DNA of 64,000 bases from an uncultured Planctomycetaceae bacterium (GTDB lineage: Bacteria; Planctomycetota; Planctomycetia; Planctomycetales; Planctomycetaceae). Position numbers and translations under genes: made by a program. Positions within the stretch are counted from its first letter, which is position 1. Each line of letters opens with the position of its first letter. Below the pieces are notes generated by a model. It had not been told where the DNA came from and did not search any database. It saw only the letters and a list, made by a program, of their open reading frames with translations. The stretch is taken from NCBI GenBank assembly GCA_963976765.1, contig CAXBME010000020.1:1-64000 (forward strand), read 5' to 3'. Positions 1 through 10,694 of the stretch are shown piece after piece.

Positions 1-49
1 CCTTACCCAACCCGAACTCTCATAAGCCGTGGTACAGAAATCAGGGGCA
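1..49 (+). mobile_element. Right end (IRR) of an IS3-family element running off the left edge
   Basis: The + frame ends LTQPELS* (TAA inside the IR). actctcataagccgtggtacagaaatcaggggca ends in CA and resembles the IR at 568-602. Confidence 0.7.
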
Positions 50-602
50 CTCCACGACCTGCAGCATGTCGGCGACCAATTGAAGCTCATCATCGGGAAC
101 CTACGGTGTGTATCGCTGACTGCTCCGAGGCTGTCCAGCAACCTGACACGCCCTTCGTTCGGACACCGAATGCGACCGCTGCAGTTCATCAACAGCCGCT
201 CGCTTCCGAGAAGGGCCCGTGAGCGAACGCGAGCATTGCAGATGCCCGACAGTTTCCCTCCGCAAGGTGTTTCAACATCTGAATGTCGAGTTCCTTGTCG
301 GCGACGATCTGCTTCAGGCGACGGTTCTCATCTTCGAGCTGTTTCAGACGCTTCGCTTCCTCGCTCTTCATCCCACCGTATTGCTGACGCCAGCGATGGC
401 ACGTGGCCTCGGCGATCTCAAGAGTCTGCAGGACAACTGCCAGTTCCTTGCCAGCGTTCAACATGGCATCAGCATCACGAAGCTTCGAAACTATCTGCTC
501 GGGCGTGTGACGTCGTCGTCGTTTCTTCGTCATCGAAAGTCTCCTGGCCCACAATCGGGCCGCTCAGACTCTCATAACACGTGGATCAGTTTGAGGGATG
601 CA
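50..602 (-). mobile_element. Truncated IS3-family element: IRL, OrfA and the start of OrfB
   Basis: IRL TGCATCCCTCAAACTGATCCACGTGTTATGAGAGT at 602-568. OrfA reads MTKKRRRRHTPEQIVSKLRDADAML...KRLKQLEDENRRLKQIVAD, followed by a GGGAAAC frameshift-type motif. The OrfB start (PSRKRAAVDELQRSHSVSERRACQVAGQPRSSQRY) has an internal stop and is cut at 50. Confidence 0.85.
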
Positions 603-982
603 CTCCAACTTGATCCATGCGTACTTCATCGTGACTCTCTTGCGAAATACGCTGTGGCTCTATTTTAAGATTTCACGTTCCATTTCAGCTCGCTGCAGAC
701 GTTTTCTGAGGCGCTTGATCTCATCCTGCAACGCAGCAGTCGAGGCGTTGTCACCACACGGTTCAGACTGTGGAGCCAGCTTCGCGTGCCAATCCCTGAG
801 ACTCTTTGCAGCAACACCAACAGCGTCGGCGACCGCCTTGAACGAGTAACCCTGCTTGACGACAAGATCGACTGCATCCTGCTTGAATTCAACACTGAAT
901 GAACGACGTGGCCGCTTCAATTTCTCTGACATGGAGCTCTCCCGAATGAATTCCTTGAAATCCTTCAGGTATCCACCAGTCA
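603..982 (-). mobile_element. Truncated IS3-family element of a second type: OrfA and first OrfB codons
   Basis: OrfA reads MSEKLKRPRRSFSVEFKQDAVDLVVKQGYS...LQRAEMEREILK. The A-rich frameshift window is mutated, then ATAYFARES and OrfB MKYAWIKLE follow, interrupted at 602. Starts with TG at 982. Confidence 0.8.
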
Positions 983-1885
983 TGGCCTACCGCAGTCAAG
1001 GAGTTCGTCTGGGATTGCGAGCGCGTTACCATATTCAGCATTGTAGTCGAAAGGGATCTTCCTCAGTACTGCGACCGTTGCCAAGCGATCGATTAAGCGG
1101 CGGCTCCGTGCTGACCCCTGAAGCGTGTAACGCTCAGGAAACAGCCCACACAGTTCTGCACGGCTGACCTTATCTCTCGACTCCGAGAGCCACTCGAACT
1201 GCACTATAGGACGAGTCTGGTTGAGTGTATTCCTCATTCCACGCAGCACTTCAACCTCAAATCCTTCAACATCGATTTTCACGAAATCCAGATGTTGCAA
1301 ATCGAGTTCAGCAAACACCTCGTCCCCGGTTTTGAGCGGTAGTTCAAGGTCCGCCGGTAATCCGGTCCTGTTCACAAATGAGCCTTGTCCCACATTCCCA
1401 TTTTGGCCGCTGAAATACGGGATTTGCCCACTGTTGTCGGCAAGCCCATACTCTTCTATTTGGACGTTATTCAGCTCATTCAATCTAACGTTATTTCTTA
1501 ATTGATTGATAAGTGATGGCATTGGTTCGAAGCTGTAAACTTTCTCAAACAGTCTCGAAAGGAAGAGTGTATGGTTTCCAACATTCGCTCCAATATCCCA
1601 AGCAACAGATCGTGATGAATTTTGCACTGTACTCTGGATCAAATTCAGTCCTGCTTCGTCGTAGGCGCCTCGAAAATATACGTGCCAATCAATATGCGAA
1701 GAAAGTTCGCCAATGAATTCTCCAGCGATGTGGGGGCATTGAAACGGCTCTGGAGGCATTCGTGACGGAAGTCGAACAAATATCCGTTGAAGTTTTTCTA
1801 CGAGTGGATGTGGCAGGCCACGCTTTCTTCCAACAGCTCCAAATAATGTCTCAATTGCTGTTAGCGAGTGGGCTAATAATGTCAT
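980..1885 (-). CDS. FkbM-family SAM-dependent methyltransferase
   Basis: Motifs WDIGANVGNHT, SFEP and FVKIDVEGFEVEVLRG. Start chosen at ATG 1885 (the ORF track extends to 1906). Confidence 0.9.
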   Translation of the reverse strand: MTLLAHSLTAIETLFGAVGRKRGLPHPLVEKLQRIFVRLPSRMPPEPFQCPHIAGEFIGELSSHIDWHVYFRGAYDEAGLNLIQSTVQNSSRSVAWDIGANVGNHTLFLSRLFEKVYSFEPMPSLINQLRNNVRLNELNNVQIEEYGLADNSGQIPYFSGQNGNVGQGSFVNRTGLPADLELPLKTGDEVFAELDLQHLDFVKIDVEGFEVEVLRGMRNTLNQTRPIVQFEWLSESRDKVSRAELCGLFPERYTLQGSARSRRLIDRLATVAVLRKIPFDYNAEYGNALAIPDELLDCGRP

Positions 1886-1944
1886 CGTTTTCTGCCTGTT
1901 AACCAAAGTGCGACCAGTGCGAAATAGCCGCGCGACTGTTCCTG

Positions 1945-3246
1945 CTATGCGGTTTGCCGAACTTCCTGGGCTCCATCGAATTCCAGCAACAATGATAGAG
2001 ATTTGACAATATTGCGGCGGTCCAAGTGGTCAATGTCTGGCAACTTTTCCACTTTTAATAGTTCGTTGCCATTTCGCACACTTTCGACCAACTGTTGGAT
2101 TGTACGTGTCTGTTCAGTGATGTTAAATGCGTTAATCCACTGTCCACGCCTGCTCTCTTCGATTAGACGCTGCCCATCGGGATTTCCTTGTGCACTAGCC
2201 AGGATGAATCGGTTCGCACGGATGTACTCATAAAGCTTGCCGCAGACACAGCTTGGGTCCGATGTCCAGAAAAGCAACAGGACATCGGCATCCAGCATCA
2301 ATCGAACTGCCTCGGAATGTTCGACATAATCCACCGCCCGTACGAGGTCCTCGATCGCAGAAGCTCTCGCCAATTCCCGAACCGTTCCGGGGCTGCCACC
2401 AATGAACTCAAACTGAACATCACGGAACTGCCGTTCGTCACTATTTCGAGCGTGAGCAATGGCACTGAAGAAATTGTCCATCCTCATGTCAGGGTGGGCA
2501 AAACCAAGGTAACGAAAAACGCAAGTTGGTCTGTCGGGCTGCACTTTGTGTGAGTCATGTACGGACAAGACTGCTCGGAAAGTCTCTTCATCATAACCGT
2601 GAGGCAACACAGACACTTGCGATGCCTTTTCAGGATGCGTCTTAATGATCTGATTGGCCATACCTTGTTCGATAACAGTAATTTGATCAGCGTTCGCGAG
2701 AAAGCGTCTTTCTAATGCTGCATCGATTGACCTGATTGGCCAAAGCTGATGTCGCCCCTGGAACGATGTAGGGTTCCCTGCCCAGACATCCTGTATATCG
2801 ACATGTAGTCGCAATTGTGGACGTTCCTGTTTCAATCGAAACGCGCACCACAATGCGCTAGGGTGCCCCAGGTTCACGACCAAAGATTCGATTTTTTCCC
2901 GGTCAATGATTTTAAGAGCTGCTCGATATGCCCCGATTGCCCACAGGACGTGCGAGTCTGGATACAATGGACTCACAAGAAACCTCGCCAACAATCGATC
3001 AACTGCTCTGATGATGGATGACGGGTACAGCGGAATTCTAATGATTTGGTCACTTCGAACAGCCTTGGGACACAGATGGTGATCACTTGCCCAAAATCGC
3101 TGTATACCTTCCGTAACAACCCAGACTTCGTGCCCTAGTTCTGCTAGATACTCAGAAAAATAATAAACTCGTTGAACACACGAACCGCCCCGAGGTGGAT
3201 AGATTGCACTGAGGATTAACACCTTAGATTTCAATGGTTGCCTCAT
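1945..3246 (-). CDS. Glycosyltransferase (GT4-like, GT-B fold)
   Basis: N-terminal YPPRGGSCVQRV; C-terminal ADVLLL...GKLYEY. Confidence 0.85.
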   Translation of the reverse strand: MRQPLKSKVLILSAIYPPRGGSCVQRVYYFSEYLAELGHEVWVVTEGIQRFWASDHHLCPKAVRSDQIIRIPLYPSSIIRAVDRLLARFLVSPLYPDSHVLWAIGAYRAALKIIDREKIESLVVNLGHPSALWCAFRLKQERPQLRLHVDIQDVWAGNPTSFQGRHQLWPIRSIDAALERRFLANADQITVIEQGMANQIIKTHPEKASQVSVLPHGYDEETFRAVLSVHDSHKVQPDRPTCVFRYLGFAHPDMRMDNFFSAIAHARNSDERQFRDVQFEFIGGSPGTVRELARASAIEDLVRAVDYVEHSEAVRLMLDADVLLLFWTSDPSCVCGKLYEYIRANRFILASAQGNPDGQRLIEESRRGQWINAFNITEQTRTIQQLVESVRNGNELLKVEKLPDIDHLDRRNIVKSLSLLLEFDGAQEVRQTA

Positions 3247-3283
3247 TCGATAAAGGTGGCGTCAGCCAACAGCAATGAATGCG

Positions 3284-4090
3284 TCACCAAGCTGTCCAGC
3301 CACCGTCCACGAGTAGATTGTGGCCTGTCACATAGCTGCTGGCATCGCTGGCCAGAAATACAACTGCCCCTTTCAGTTCATACGGAAGACCGTGTCTTCC
3401 CAGCGGAACTTCCTTGCGGTCTACTATAGCAAGAGGGGCTCCACGATTCGGACAAGGGCCGGGGCTCAGACAGTTAACCCTGACACCATCTTGAGCCCAG
3501 CAGCAAGCCAGGTGTCGAGTTAGCTGCACTACACCACCTTTGAGGCCGTGGTATGCGGCCGGACTGAAATTCCAATCGGAATTCGGTGGGGGAGGGTATG
3601 ATCCGGTCACTCCGTACATCGATCCCAACATCACAATGTTTCCACGTGAGTCGGTTGATGTCGCGTGGCGGTGGAGTTCTCGCGCAAGCAGAAAGTAGCC
3701 AGAAAGGTTTTGCATCTGTCGGTCAAACTCTTCGCCACTAATGCTTCTCCAGTCTTTTGCTATTCCCTCGTGAGCATTGTTAATCAGGATGTCAATCTTG
3801 CCAGCGTCAGTGACTGCACGCGAAAATCCATTCAGGATAGACGCTTCGTCCAGATGATCGATCTCAGCAACTAAGTGAGAAGTGTCGTTCTGAGTGGGAA
3901 GAGATCTTGCGAACTCTTCCGCTCTGGATTGCTGCCGACTTGATACGACAACTCTGCATCCTGCTTCTGCAAGTCCACGAGCCATTGCCCTGCCAAGGTA
4001 GCCTGTGGCCCCTGTTATAAGTGCCGTCCGCCCAGAAAGGTCGAATAGCTCAGAAATGGATGGCTCTTTTTCCATAATTGCTTCGGACAT
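3284..4090 (-). CDS. SDR-family oxidoreductase
   Basis: Motifs TGATGYLG, DILINNA, YxxxK (YHGLK) and YVTGHNLLVDGGW. Confidence 0.9.
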   Translation of the reverse strand: MSEAIMEKEPSISELFDLSGRTALITGATGYLGRAMARGLAEAGCRVVVSSRQQSRAEEFARSLPTQNDTSHLVAEIDHLDEASILNGFSRAVTDAGKIDILINNAHEGIAKDWRSISGEEFDRQMQNLSGYFLLARELHRHATSTDSRGNIVMLGSMYGVTGSYPPPPNSDWNFSPAAYHGLKGGVVQLTRHLACCWAQDGVRVNCLSPGPCPNRGAPLAIVDRKEVPLGRHGLPYELKGAVVFLASDASSYVTGHNLLVDGGWTAW

Positions 4091-4159
4091 GGAATCTCCC
4101 ATCCTTCGTCAAGGCGGCATTTCGCTGGCATTCTGTCGTGGCCAGCAATGACGAAATCG

Positions 4160-5137
4160 TTAGCCAGCGGCGCGAAACAAGGATTCTCGATGGAACTCTC
4201 CTGTTCTCTGGATCCCTTCCTCAAGGTCGACTTTGGCGTCAAAACCAATCAGTTCCCTCGCCTTAGTCACACTCGGTACTCTGAGCTCCACATCGGCATA
4301 ATCTTTTTGCACGAATCGGATGGAAGATTTACTGTCCAGAACTCGAACGATTGTTTGGGCCAGACCATAGATGGTGATGACAGCGCGGGCATTCCCTATA
4401 TTAAATGCTTCACCAACTGCATTTGGATGGATCATTGAAAGCATTAGTCCGTCGACAAAGTCATCAATGTAACACCATGCGCGAATCTGGTTACCGTCTC
4501 CGTGAATTTGAATTTCTTTGTTTTGCAGGGCCAGACGGACAAACGTTCGAGTTGCTCCCTCTCCCACTTGGCCGGGACCGTATACGTTAAATGGCCTTAG
4601 TGTCACGGTTGGCATTCCAAACTCCTGATGGTAGGCGGTTGTCAGGTGTTCGGCAGCGAGCTTGCTGACGGCGTATGTCCAACGAGCTTCGCCGATTGCG
4701 CCAATATGCGTCTCATGTCCTTCCTCCGCACGAAATGCTGTCGATCCAAACACTTCACTCGTAGAAAAGTCAACAAAACGCTCAAGATTATCGTTGGCGC
4801 GTGCAGCTTCCAGCGCGTTAGCTGTGCCAATCATATTTACGCACATAGTTTCAGTTGGCCGCTTGATGACTGTGTCGATACCGGCGATCGCCGCGCAATG
4901 GACGAAGATATTTGCGCCTTTTGAGGCTTGCCGCAGATCATCAGGATTGAGGACGTTTCCCCGAACGATTGACACATTCGGGTGGTTTGCATATGGCTTG
5001 CCGCTGAGTGCGTCTCGCCGAAAGTCGTCATACACAACGATCTGATTTTGCTGGTAGAGCCGCTCAATAAGAGTGGAGCCAATAAATCCTGCTCCACCTG
5101 TGATAAAAACTCGTTTTCCCGTTATTTCCAAATCCAT
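4160..5137 (-). CDS. NAD-dependent epimerase/dehydratase (nucleotide-sugar)
   Basis: Motifs [22 protein letters not shown] and RPFNVYGP. Confidence 0.9.
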   Translation of the reverse strand: MDLEITGKRVFITGGAGFIGSTLIERLYQQNQIVVYDDFRRDALSGKPYANHPNVSIVRGNVLNPDDLRQASKGANIFVHCAAIAGIDTVIKRPTETMCVNMIGTANALEAARANDNLERFVDFSTSEVFGSTAFRAEEGHETHIGAIGEARWTYAVSKLAAEHLTTAYHQEFGMPTVTLRPFNVYGPGQVGEGATRTFVRLALQNKEIQIHGDGNQIRAWCYIDDFVDGLMLSMIHPNAVGEAFNIGNARAVITIYGLAQTIVRVLDSKSSIRFVQKDYADVELRVPSVTKARELIGFDAKVDLEEGIQRTGEFHRESLFRAAG

Positions 5138-5160
5138 TACAGCAAATCCCTTCGCGTTAT

Positions 5161-6315
5161 CTAAATGAGGCGTTGTACGAGTTCGAGCAGCGCAGTTTTG
5201 TTTTTTTCGTTTGTCCATGAATTAGCGATTTGATCAGAATGGCGTTTAAAGCCTTCTATGTCTTCGCGAGTCAACGAATTCAAAGACTTGGCAAGAGAGG
5301 CAGCTGAGCACGTTTCAGCAACAACACCAAGTTGATGTTCACGAACTAGCCTTCCCATTGCTGTCTGTGGGCCAATAGCAATCCCTAGTCGTCCTTGAAC
5401 AAAGTCAAAAAACTTGTTGGGTAGCGTCGTTTGATAATGAAGATTTGTCTGAGGTAACAGGAACACCCCTAAATCATAATGATTAATCCGAGACGGAATT
5501 GCCTGGACGGGTACGGGAGAATGGAAGATTACTTTCGGGTTTTCTTTGCAACGCTCGTGTAGTCTCGCAAGGTAGCCCTTCTGGGGGTCGCCCATCAATA
5601 TCAGATTCAGAACAAATCGGTCGTCAAGAAGTTCCATCGTGTCGATAAGAAGTTCGATGCCTCTTGACGCCTGTGAAGCTCCGTGATGAACCAGAGAAAT
5701 TCGCTCGGTCAGCACTGGCTGGGGTCTTAGTTCTGCTCGGTCTGGGTAGTTCACGAGCACGGTGGGGGATACGTCGAAGTTCTGGCGATAAAGGTCAGCA
5801 ATTTCTTCAGAAACGGTCATCACGGTCGAAGCCTGTGAGCAGTACTTTTGAAGCAGGTGCTGCATATAAGATTTCCATAGTTTTCCCATCGTGGTTTCTG
5901 GAGGGAAATACGGATATTCTGGATAAAATTCATGCGCGTCGAACAATACGGGGGCGCCTTGGCCGACTCGCAGGCCAACGGGCAGAGCGTCCAGGTCATT
6001 TGCTATAACGAGGTCGACGCGATCTTCTCTCGCCAGGCTGTCAATTGCTTTCACCCATGATTGCCCCCAGTAGTGTCGTTCGTAGCACTGGGTACTTAGC
6101 AGTCCTTTGGTCCACAATTTAATGGCCCGACCGACGAGCCGGTTCTGCTGTCTGTTGTATGGTTGCGGAAGCTGAATGAACTTCCAAATCGGTATAGTTG
6201 GCGGGCCGCTCGCTATGCAACAAATTTCGTAGTCTGCACTTAAGTTTCGCACCTGTCGGTCGACTCTCGCGTCCTTAGCGATATCTCCGGTGCATAGAAT
6301 CAAGATTCGGCGCAC
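5161..6315 (-). CDS. Glycosyltransferase (GT4-like, capsular-biosynthesis type)
   Basis: Motifs [22 protein letters not shown] and LPNKFFDF. Probable GTG start at 6315. Confidence 0.85.
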   Translation of the reverse strand: MRRILILCTGDIAKDARVDRQVRNLSADYEICCIASGPPTIPIWKFIQLPQPYNRQQNRLVGRAIKLWTKGLLSTQCYERHYWGQSWVKAIDSLAREDRVDLVIANDLDALPVGLRVGQGAPVLFDAHEFYPEYPYFPPETTMGKLWKSYMQHLLQKYCSQASTVMTVSEEIADLYRQNFDVSPTVLVNYPDRAELRPQPVLTERISLVHHGASQASRGIELLIDTMELLDDRFVLNLILMGDPQKGYLARLHERCKENPKVIFHSPVPVQAIPSRINHYDLGVFLLPQTNLHYQTTLPNKFFDFVQGRLGIAIGPQTAMGRLVREHQLGVVAETCSAASLAKSLNSLTREDIEGFKRHSDQIANSWTNEKNKTALLELVQRLI

Positions 6316-6522
6316 ATGCTTGCCTTTGGTTTCAGTCTCGAAGAATTGAGCCGAGCCACGGCGTTTTCTTGAGCCGTATGAGTTGCGGAACTGAGCGATC
6401 GGTAAATCAATGGAAGTTGGCGGTCTGAGCTGCATGTTGAGTCACAGCTACGGAATGTGAATGTCCGTTGCTGTTGCCTGATGCGAACCAAGCGTAGCAG
6501 CTTGCTTTTGTGCCGATGCCTC

Positions 6523-7722
6523 TCAGGCCGTTTGCTTTAACTGATTTTGGTGAATGTTGAGGTAGAGTTCAGCAAAACATTCCAATTGCTTCGCCGAATT
6601 GAATGACCGAATTGCGATATCTCTTGCAGCGGTTCCCATTTGAGTGCGTAGCTCATGACTCGAGTGCATTCGTGTAAGTGCTTCTGCGAGCTGCGTTGGA
6701 TTGCGCTCATCAATAAGCAGTCCGTTGACCTGGTGTTTTATAACTTCTGGTATACCTCCGATTGCAGATGCAATGGCTGGGATGCCGCGTTCGCTTGACT
6801 CGCATAGGACGAGTCCCAAGGCTTCTTCGCTCCCGTCGTCAGCCTTACAGGCTGGGTGCACGAGCACATCGATTTTGCTGTTTAGGAGCTGAAGAATTTC
6901 AGTACTACCGACGCTACCTGTACACTGAACCGCATGCTGGATATGTAGTGATTCGATGAGCCAGTCTATTCTGTGGCGAAGTGGTCCGTCTCCGGCGAGT
7001 ATTAGCTTGGAGTTTGGGTGTTTCTCGTGGAATTTTGCGAACGCGACTAATAGGTCATGGTGTCCTTTGCTTGAGACCATGTTAGCGATGCAGCCGTAAG
7101 TGACGGTTGCGGCATCGTGTGTTCGCGGTTTCCACTCCCTTATTTGAGTGCCAAGATGAATTGCTGTTCCTTTGTTCTCGGGGCAGCCGAGCTGTCTTCC
7201 TTTGTTGAGCAAAAAGTCTGAAACAAAGTGGCACATGGAGCTGAAAGCGAATACTTGTTTCAGGCGACGGATTCGTGTGGAGCTGAATGGTGCGAGATTA
7301 ATGTCTCCACCGTGGAATGTCGTTACGACAGGGGTGTTGAAATACTGGATAAGTTGAGCTTTCTCGCCTGCAAACCCGCCGTCTTGGACATGGATTATGT
7401 CTGGCGCGTAAGAGCGTCGAATTTGTTGAGCAATTGACCTTTCCAGAAGCGTAGATGCAATTTTTCCGGCTCGACCACTGATACGTCGCCCAACACTGCT
7501 CCGTATTTTGGTGGGGACAGCTAATGAACGAACAAATTGCAGATTCTGTGGCTTGCCTGCAGGGTGGTGGCGAACGCAAAGGACGGCATTAGTGAACCGT
7601 TGATCAGTGTTTGTGGCTAACCGTGTTAGGTAGTCTGCTTTCTTGTTGCCGAACTCGGACATTAAGTGAAGGATCCGGATTTTGTCTGGCAATGTTGAGC
7701 CTCCTGTCCATGAAATAGGCAC
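6523..7722 (-). CDS. Glycosyltransferase family 4 (WcaL-like)
   Basis: Motifs TTFHGGD, DGSEEALGLVLCE and GGIPEVI. Confidence 0.85.
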   Translation of the reverse strand: MPISWTGGSTLPDKIRILHLMSEFGNKKADYLTRLATNTDQRFTNAVLCVRHHPAGKPQNLQFVRSLAVPTKIRSSVGRRISGRAGKIASTLLERSIAQQIRRSYAPDIIHVQDGGFAGEKAQLIQYFNTPVVTTFHGGDINLAPFSSTRIRRLKQVFAFSSMCHFVSDFLLNKGRQLGCPENKGTAIHLGTQIREWKPRTHDAATVTYGCIANMVSSKGHHDLLVAFAKFHEKHPNSKLILAGDGPLRHRIDWLIESLHIQHAVQCTGSVGSTEILQLLNSKIDVLVHPACKADDGSEEALGLVLCESSERGIPAIASAIGGIPEVIKHQVNGLLIDERNPTQLAEALTRMHSSHELRTQMGTAARDIAIRSFNSAKQLECFAELYLNIHQNQLKQTA

Positions 7723-7742
7723 GCGAATTTTTGGGCCGAGGG

Positions 7743-8462
7743 CTATGTTTTTTGGTATACGAAAAAGTCAGCTTGCGAGTCGTTTCCTTTGAACGGATTC
7801 TCTACGATTTGACTTAGCCGGAACTGGTTGAAGTTGTCGGATATGTGTTGCCTGAAATCGCGATCGCAGTGATGAGGTGATTCGTGTCTCTTGTCAAATG
7901 CTGTTGAAAAAATGATCACGTACCGTGTTGAAGCCGCGAAGAGATCACGCAGGTGAGCCTCGAAAATATGTTGTTCGACAAGGTGGAAGATTACGTCGAT
8001 CGAAAGAGTCAGTTCTGCCTTGTCCATCAACGGATGGGCTGTCTGGGTGTGTAGATGAAATGATTTTGAAGTATCATGCTCAAATTTTGCTTTGCATAGT
8101 TCGATGGCTCGTGGCGAAACGTCGTAGCCTCGATAGTGTGGGAACTGATAGAGGTCTAACTGGTTCCCGTCTCCGCACCCCAGTTCAAGTACGCTTGAAA
8201 TTTGAGACTGTGCTGCAAACTCATTTAGAAACTGTGCCTTGAACTTGGCGTTGGTGCCGAATGAGCCAGCTCCGGAATCTCCGCCAGATTGATAACGCTG
8301 CTCCCAGTAGGACTGAGACGAAAAGGACCTGTTTTGAAGCTCGTTAAGTGCCCTTGATACGATGTTTGGGCCCAGCCGTCGCTGAATTCCACGAGACAGG
8401 CGGCCTGAAATTGTTCCTAGAGTTTGTTGCATCTCGTGCCTCTTGATTTCGTGTGGTTTCAC
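7743..8462 (-). CDS. Class I SAM-dependent methyltransferase
   Basis: Motifs YWEQRYQSGGDSGAGS, VLELGCGDG and DVIFHL. Confidence 0.85.
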   Translation of the reverse strand: MKPHEIKRHEMQQTLGTISGRLSRGIQRRLGPNIVSRALNELQNRSFSSQSYWEQRYQSGGDSGAGSFGTNAKFKAQFLNEFAAQSQISSVLELGCGDGNQLDLYQFPHYRGYDVSPRAIELCKAKFEHDTSKSFHLHTQTAHPLMDKAELTLSIDVIFHLVEQHIFEAHLRDLFAASTRYVIIFSTAFDKRHESPHHCDRDFRQHISDNFNQFRLSQIVENPFKGNDSQADFFVYQKT

Positions 8463-8497
8463 ATTTCGCTTGTCTCTTGAGAGTGAAGAGACTTTAT

Positions 8498-9784
8498 TCA
8501 GGCGGCAGAAAGTTCGTTAGCATTCTGGTCGCTTATTGTGTTGACGCTTATTTGGGCGGGGATGATGCAGACGCCGTGCTTTCTCGTGTAGGGGTGGCCA
8601 GCTCCTGCGAGGCACCTTGGAATAACAGTGAAGGAATGTATTGACTCCCATTCTGCATACCGCTGGCCGCCGTACCCAAGGTTTAGCTGTAATCTGTATT
8701 CGCCAGGAGGGAGGATGTTGAACGGCATGTTTATTTTGATGTTTGAGCGCTGCCCGCCCTTTATTGCGTCGATACCATGCTCTTCGGTTGCCAGACTTCC
8801 AATTCGCTCCCCAGTGTCTTTAGACCATATAACCATTAAAATGTGCGATCGAGAAATATTTGCGCTTATAGAAAGGTCAATCTGAATTGTCATGCCGGAA
8901 GTTGAAGTTACCACCGTTTCGTCAGCCTCAGTTGATTCTACCTTCAGATTGTGGATTGTGGCATTTTCAGTGGAATTAGGGAAAGCTGCCAGGTTCTCAG
9001 TGCTTGGGCATAATAATTTGGAATATACGTCGATTCCGTCTGTCGCGCGGCCATCGAAGGCAACGCGGCCAGAGTCGAGTACGACGCAGCGGTCACAAAG
9101 TGACCGAACTGCGGGCATATTATGGCTAACAAACAGCACTGTGCGACCCGATGAAGCGACCTGGCTCATTGTTCCGAGACACTTCCTCTGAAACTCAGCG
9201 TCGCCAACGGCCAGGACTTCGTCGACTATAAGTATTTCCGGTTCCAAAAACGCAGCTACAGCAAAAGCGAGCCGCACTCTCATGCCACTGGAGTACCGCT
9301 TGACTGGAGTGTCTAGAAACTGCTCAACCCCAGAGTAGTCTACGATCGCATCAAACTTGCTGTCGATTTCTTTGCGTCGCATTCCGAGAATAGACCCATT
9401 CAGGTACACATTTTCTCGCCCCGATAGTTCTTGATGGAAGCCGGTCCCAACTTCGAGAAGGCTGCCAACGCGACCAGCTAAGACTGCTCTGCCCGATGTG
9501 GGGGGCGTTATTCCGCTCAAGATTTTCAAAAGTGTTGATTTGCCGGCACCATTCCGGCCAATGATTCCCACCACTTCTCCATCGTTTACATTGAATGAAA
9601 CGTCATTCAATGCCCAGAATTCGCTTGTGCGTCCAGATCCTCCTCCTCCGTTCTGAAGTATGCGGAGCGGCGTTGAAAGCGTTTCGCTAACTGCTTCACG
9701 AAGCGTACGGTACCCCAATTGCCTGTTGGTGCCGATTCGATATCGTTTGCTTAGTTTTTCAAGTTTTACGGCTGCTCTGCTCAC
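8498..9784 (-). CDS. wzt: Polysaccharide ABC exporter ATP-binding protein with a C-terminal domain
   Basis: Motifs GRNGAGKST, LLEVGTGF, YSSGMRVRLAF and DEVLAVGD; about 170-aa C-terminal extension. Confidence 0.92.
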   Translation of the reverse strand: MSRAAVKLEKLSKRYRIGTNRQLGYRTLREAVSETLSTPLRILQNGGGGSGRTSEFWALNDVSFNVNDGEVVGIIGRNGAGKSTLLKILSGITPPTSGRAVLAGRVGSLLEVGTGFHQELSGRENVYLNGSILGMRRKEIDSKFDAIVDYSGVEQFLDTPVKRYSSGMRVRLAFAVAAFLEPEILIVDEVLAVGDAEFQRKCLGTMSQVASSGRTVLFVSHNMPAVRSLCDRCVVLDSGRVAFDGRATDGIDVYSKLLCPSTENLAAFPNSTENATIHNLKVESTEADETVVTSTSGMTIQIDLSISANISRSHILMVIWSKDTGERIGSLATEEHGIDAIKGGQRSNIKINMPFNILPPGEYRLQLNLGYGGQRYAEWESIHSFTVIPRCLAGAGHPYTRKHGVCIIPAQISVNTISDQNANELSAA

Positions 9785-9833
9785 GGCGATGCGAACTCCT
9801 GTCGTCGTGTTGTACGTTTGATAAATGTTCGCC

Positions 9834-10694
9834 TCAGACTATGTCTGCAAAACGAGCCTCGGATCGTCTGAAGATTGCTAAGCCAGCAACAAGTACCGCG
9901 AGCGCCATGCCTGCGGACGCAAACAGCATACCTCCTTGCATAGGCTGGCCTAGAATCGCTGTCCTGAAACTGCTGACGATTGATGTCATCGGATTGCAGT
10001 AGATGAGTGCAGATTTGACTATATCGAACGTTCCTGTCGCATCTTCGGCGTGTTTCGCTGGAAGAGCCATGTAGATGGTTGGTGTGGCGAATAGCCAAAT
10101 TTGAATCATGAAGGGGACGGTGTAGCGAAAGTCTCGAAAGGATACGTTTAGCGCTGAAATGATACACCCAAGACCTGCTGCCGTGGCAATGCAGAGTAGG
10201 AAAGGCACAGGCACAAACAGCAGTTGCCAGCCTGGTGAGATTCCATACCAGCACATCAGTACTGCAAGCATTCCGCATGCCATGAAGAAGTCCACAACTG
10301 CAGTCCCCATAGCTGACACTGGAACGATCAATCGTGGGAAATAAATTTTGGTAATAATCGAGCCGTTGCCGACGATGCTGTTGCTTGCTGCTGCAAGTGA
10401 AGACGCGAACAGCTGCCAGAGCACAAGCCCAGAATAAACGAAGACTGGATACGGGATTTCGCCCGAGTGTGCGATTCCATTTCTGTTGAAAAAGATTGTA
10501 AAGACGATCATTAACATGAATGGCTGGATAATTGCCCACGCTGCTCCGAGGACTGTTTGTTTGTACCGAACCTTAATGTCTCGCCAGGCAAAAAAATAAA
10601 GGAGTTCACGATATCTCCAGAGTTCACTGACATTGATGAGTCGCCACCCTGATGATGGCTCGTAGACGGTCACTGGTACGGATTCGGCAGACAT
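9834..10694 (-). CDS. wzm: Polysaccharide ABC exporter permease
   Basis: ELWRYRELLYFFAWRDIKVRYKQTVLG; multiple TM segments; C-terminal FADIV. Confidence 0.92.
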   Translation of the reverse strand: MSAESVPVTVYEPSSGWRLINVSELWRYRELLYFFAWRDIKVRYKQTVLGAAWAIIQPFMLMIVFTIFFNRNGIAHSGEIPYPVFVYSGLVLWQLFASSLAAASNSIVGNGSIITKIYFPRLIVPVSAMGTAVVDFFMACGMLAVLMCWYGISPGWQLLFVPVPFLLCIATAAGLGCIISALNVSFRDFRYTVPFMIQIWLFATPTIYMALPAKHAEDATGTFDIVKSALIYCNPMTSIVSSFRTAILGQPMQGGMLFASAGMALAVLVAGLAIFRRSEARFADIV

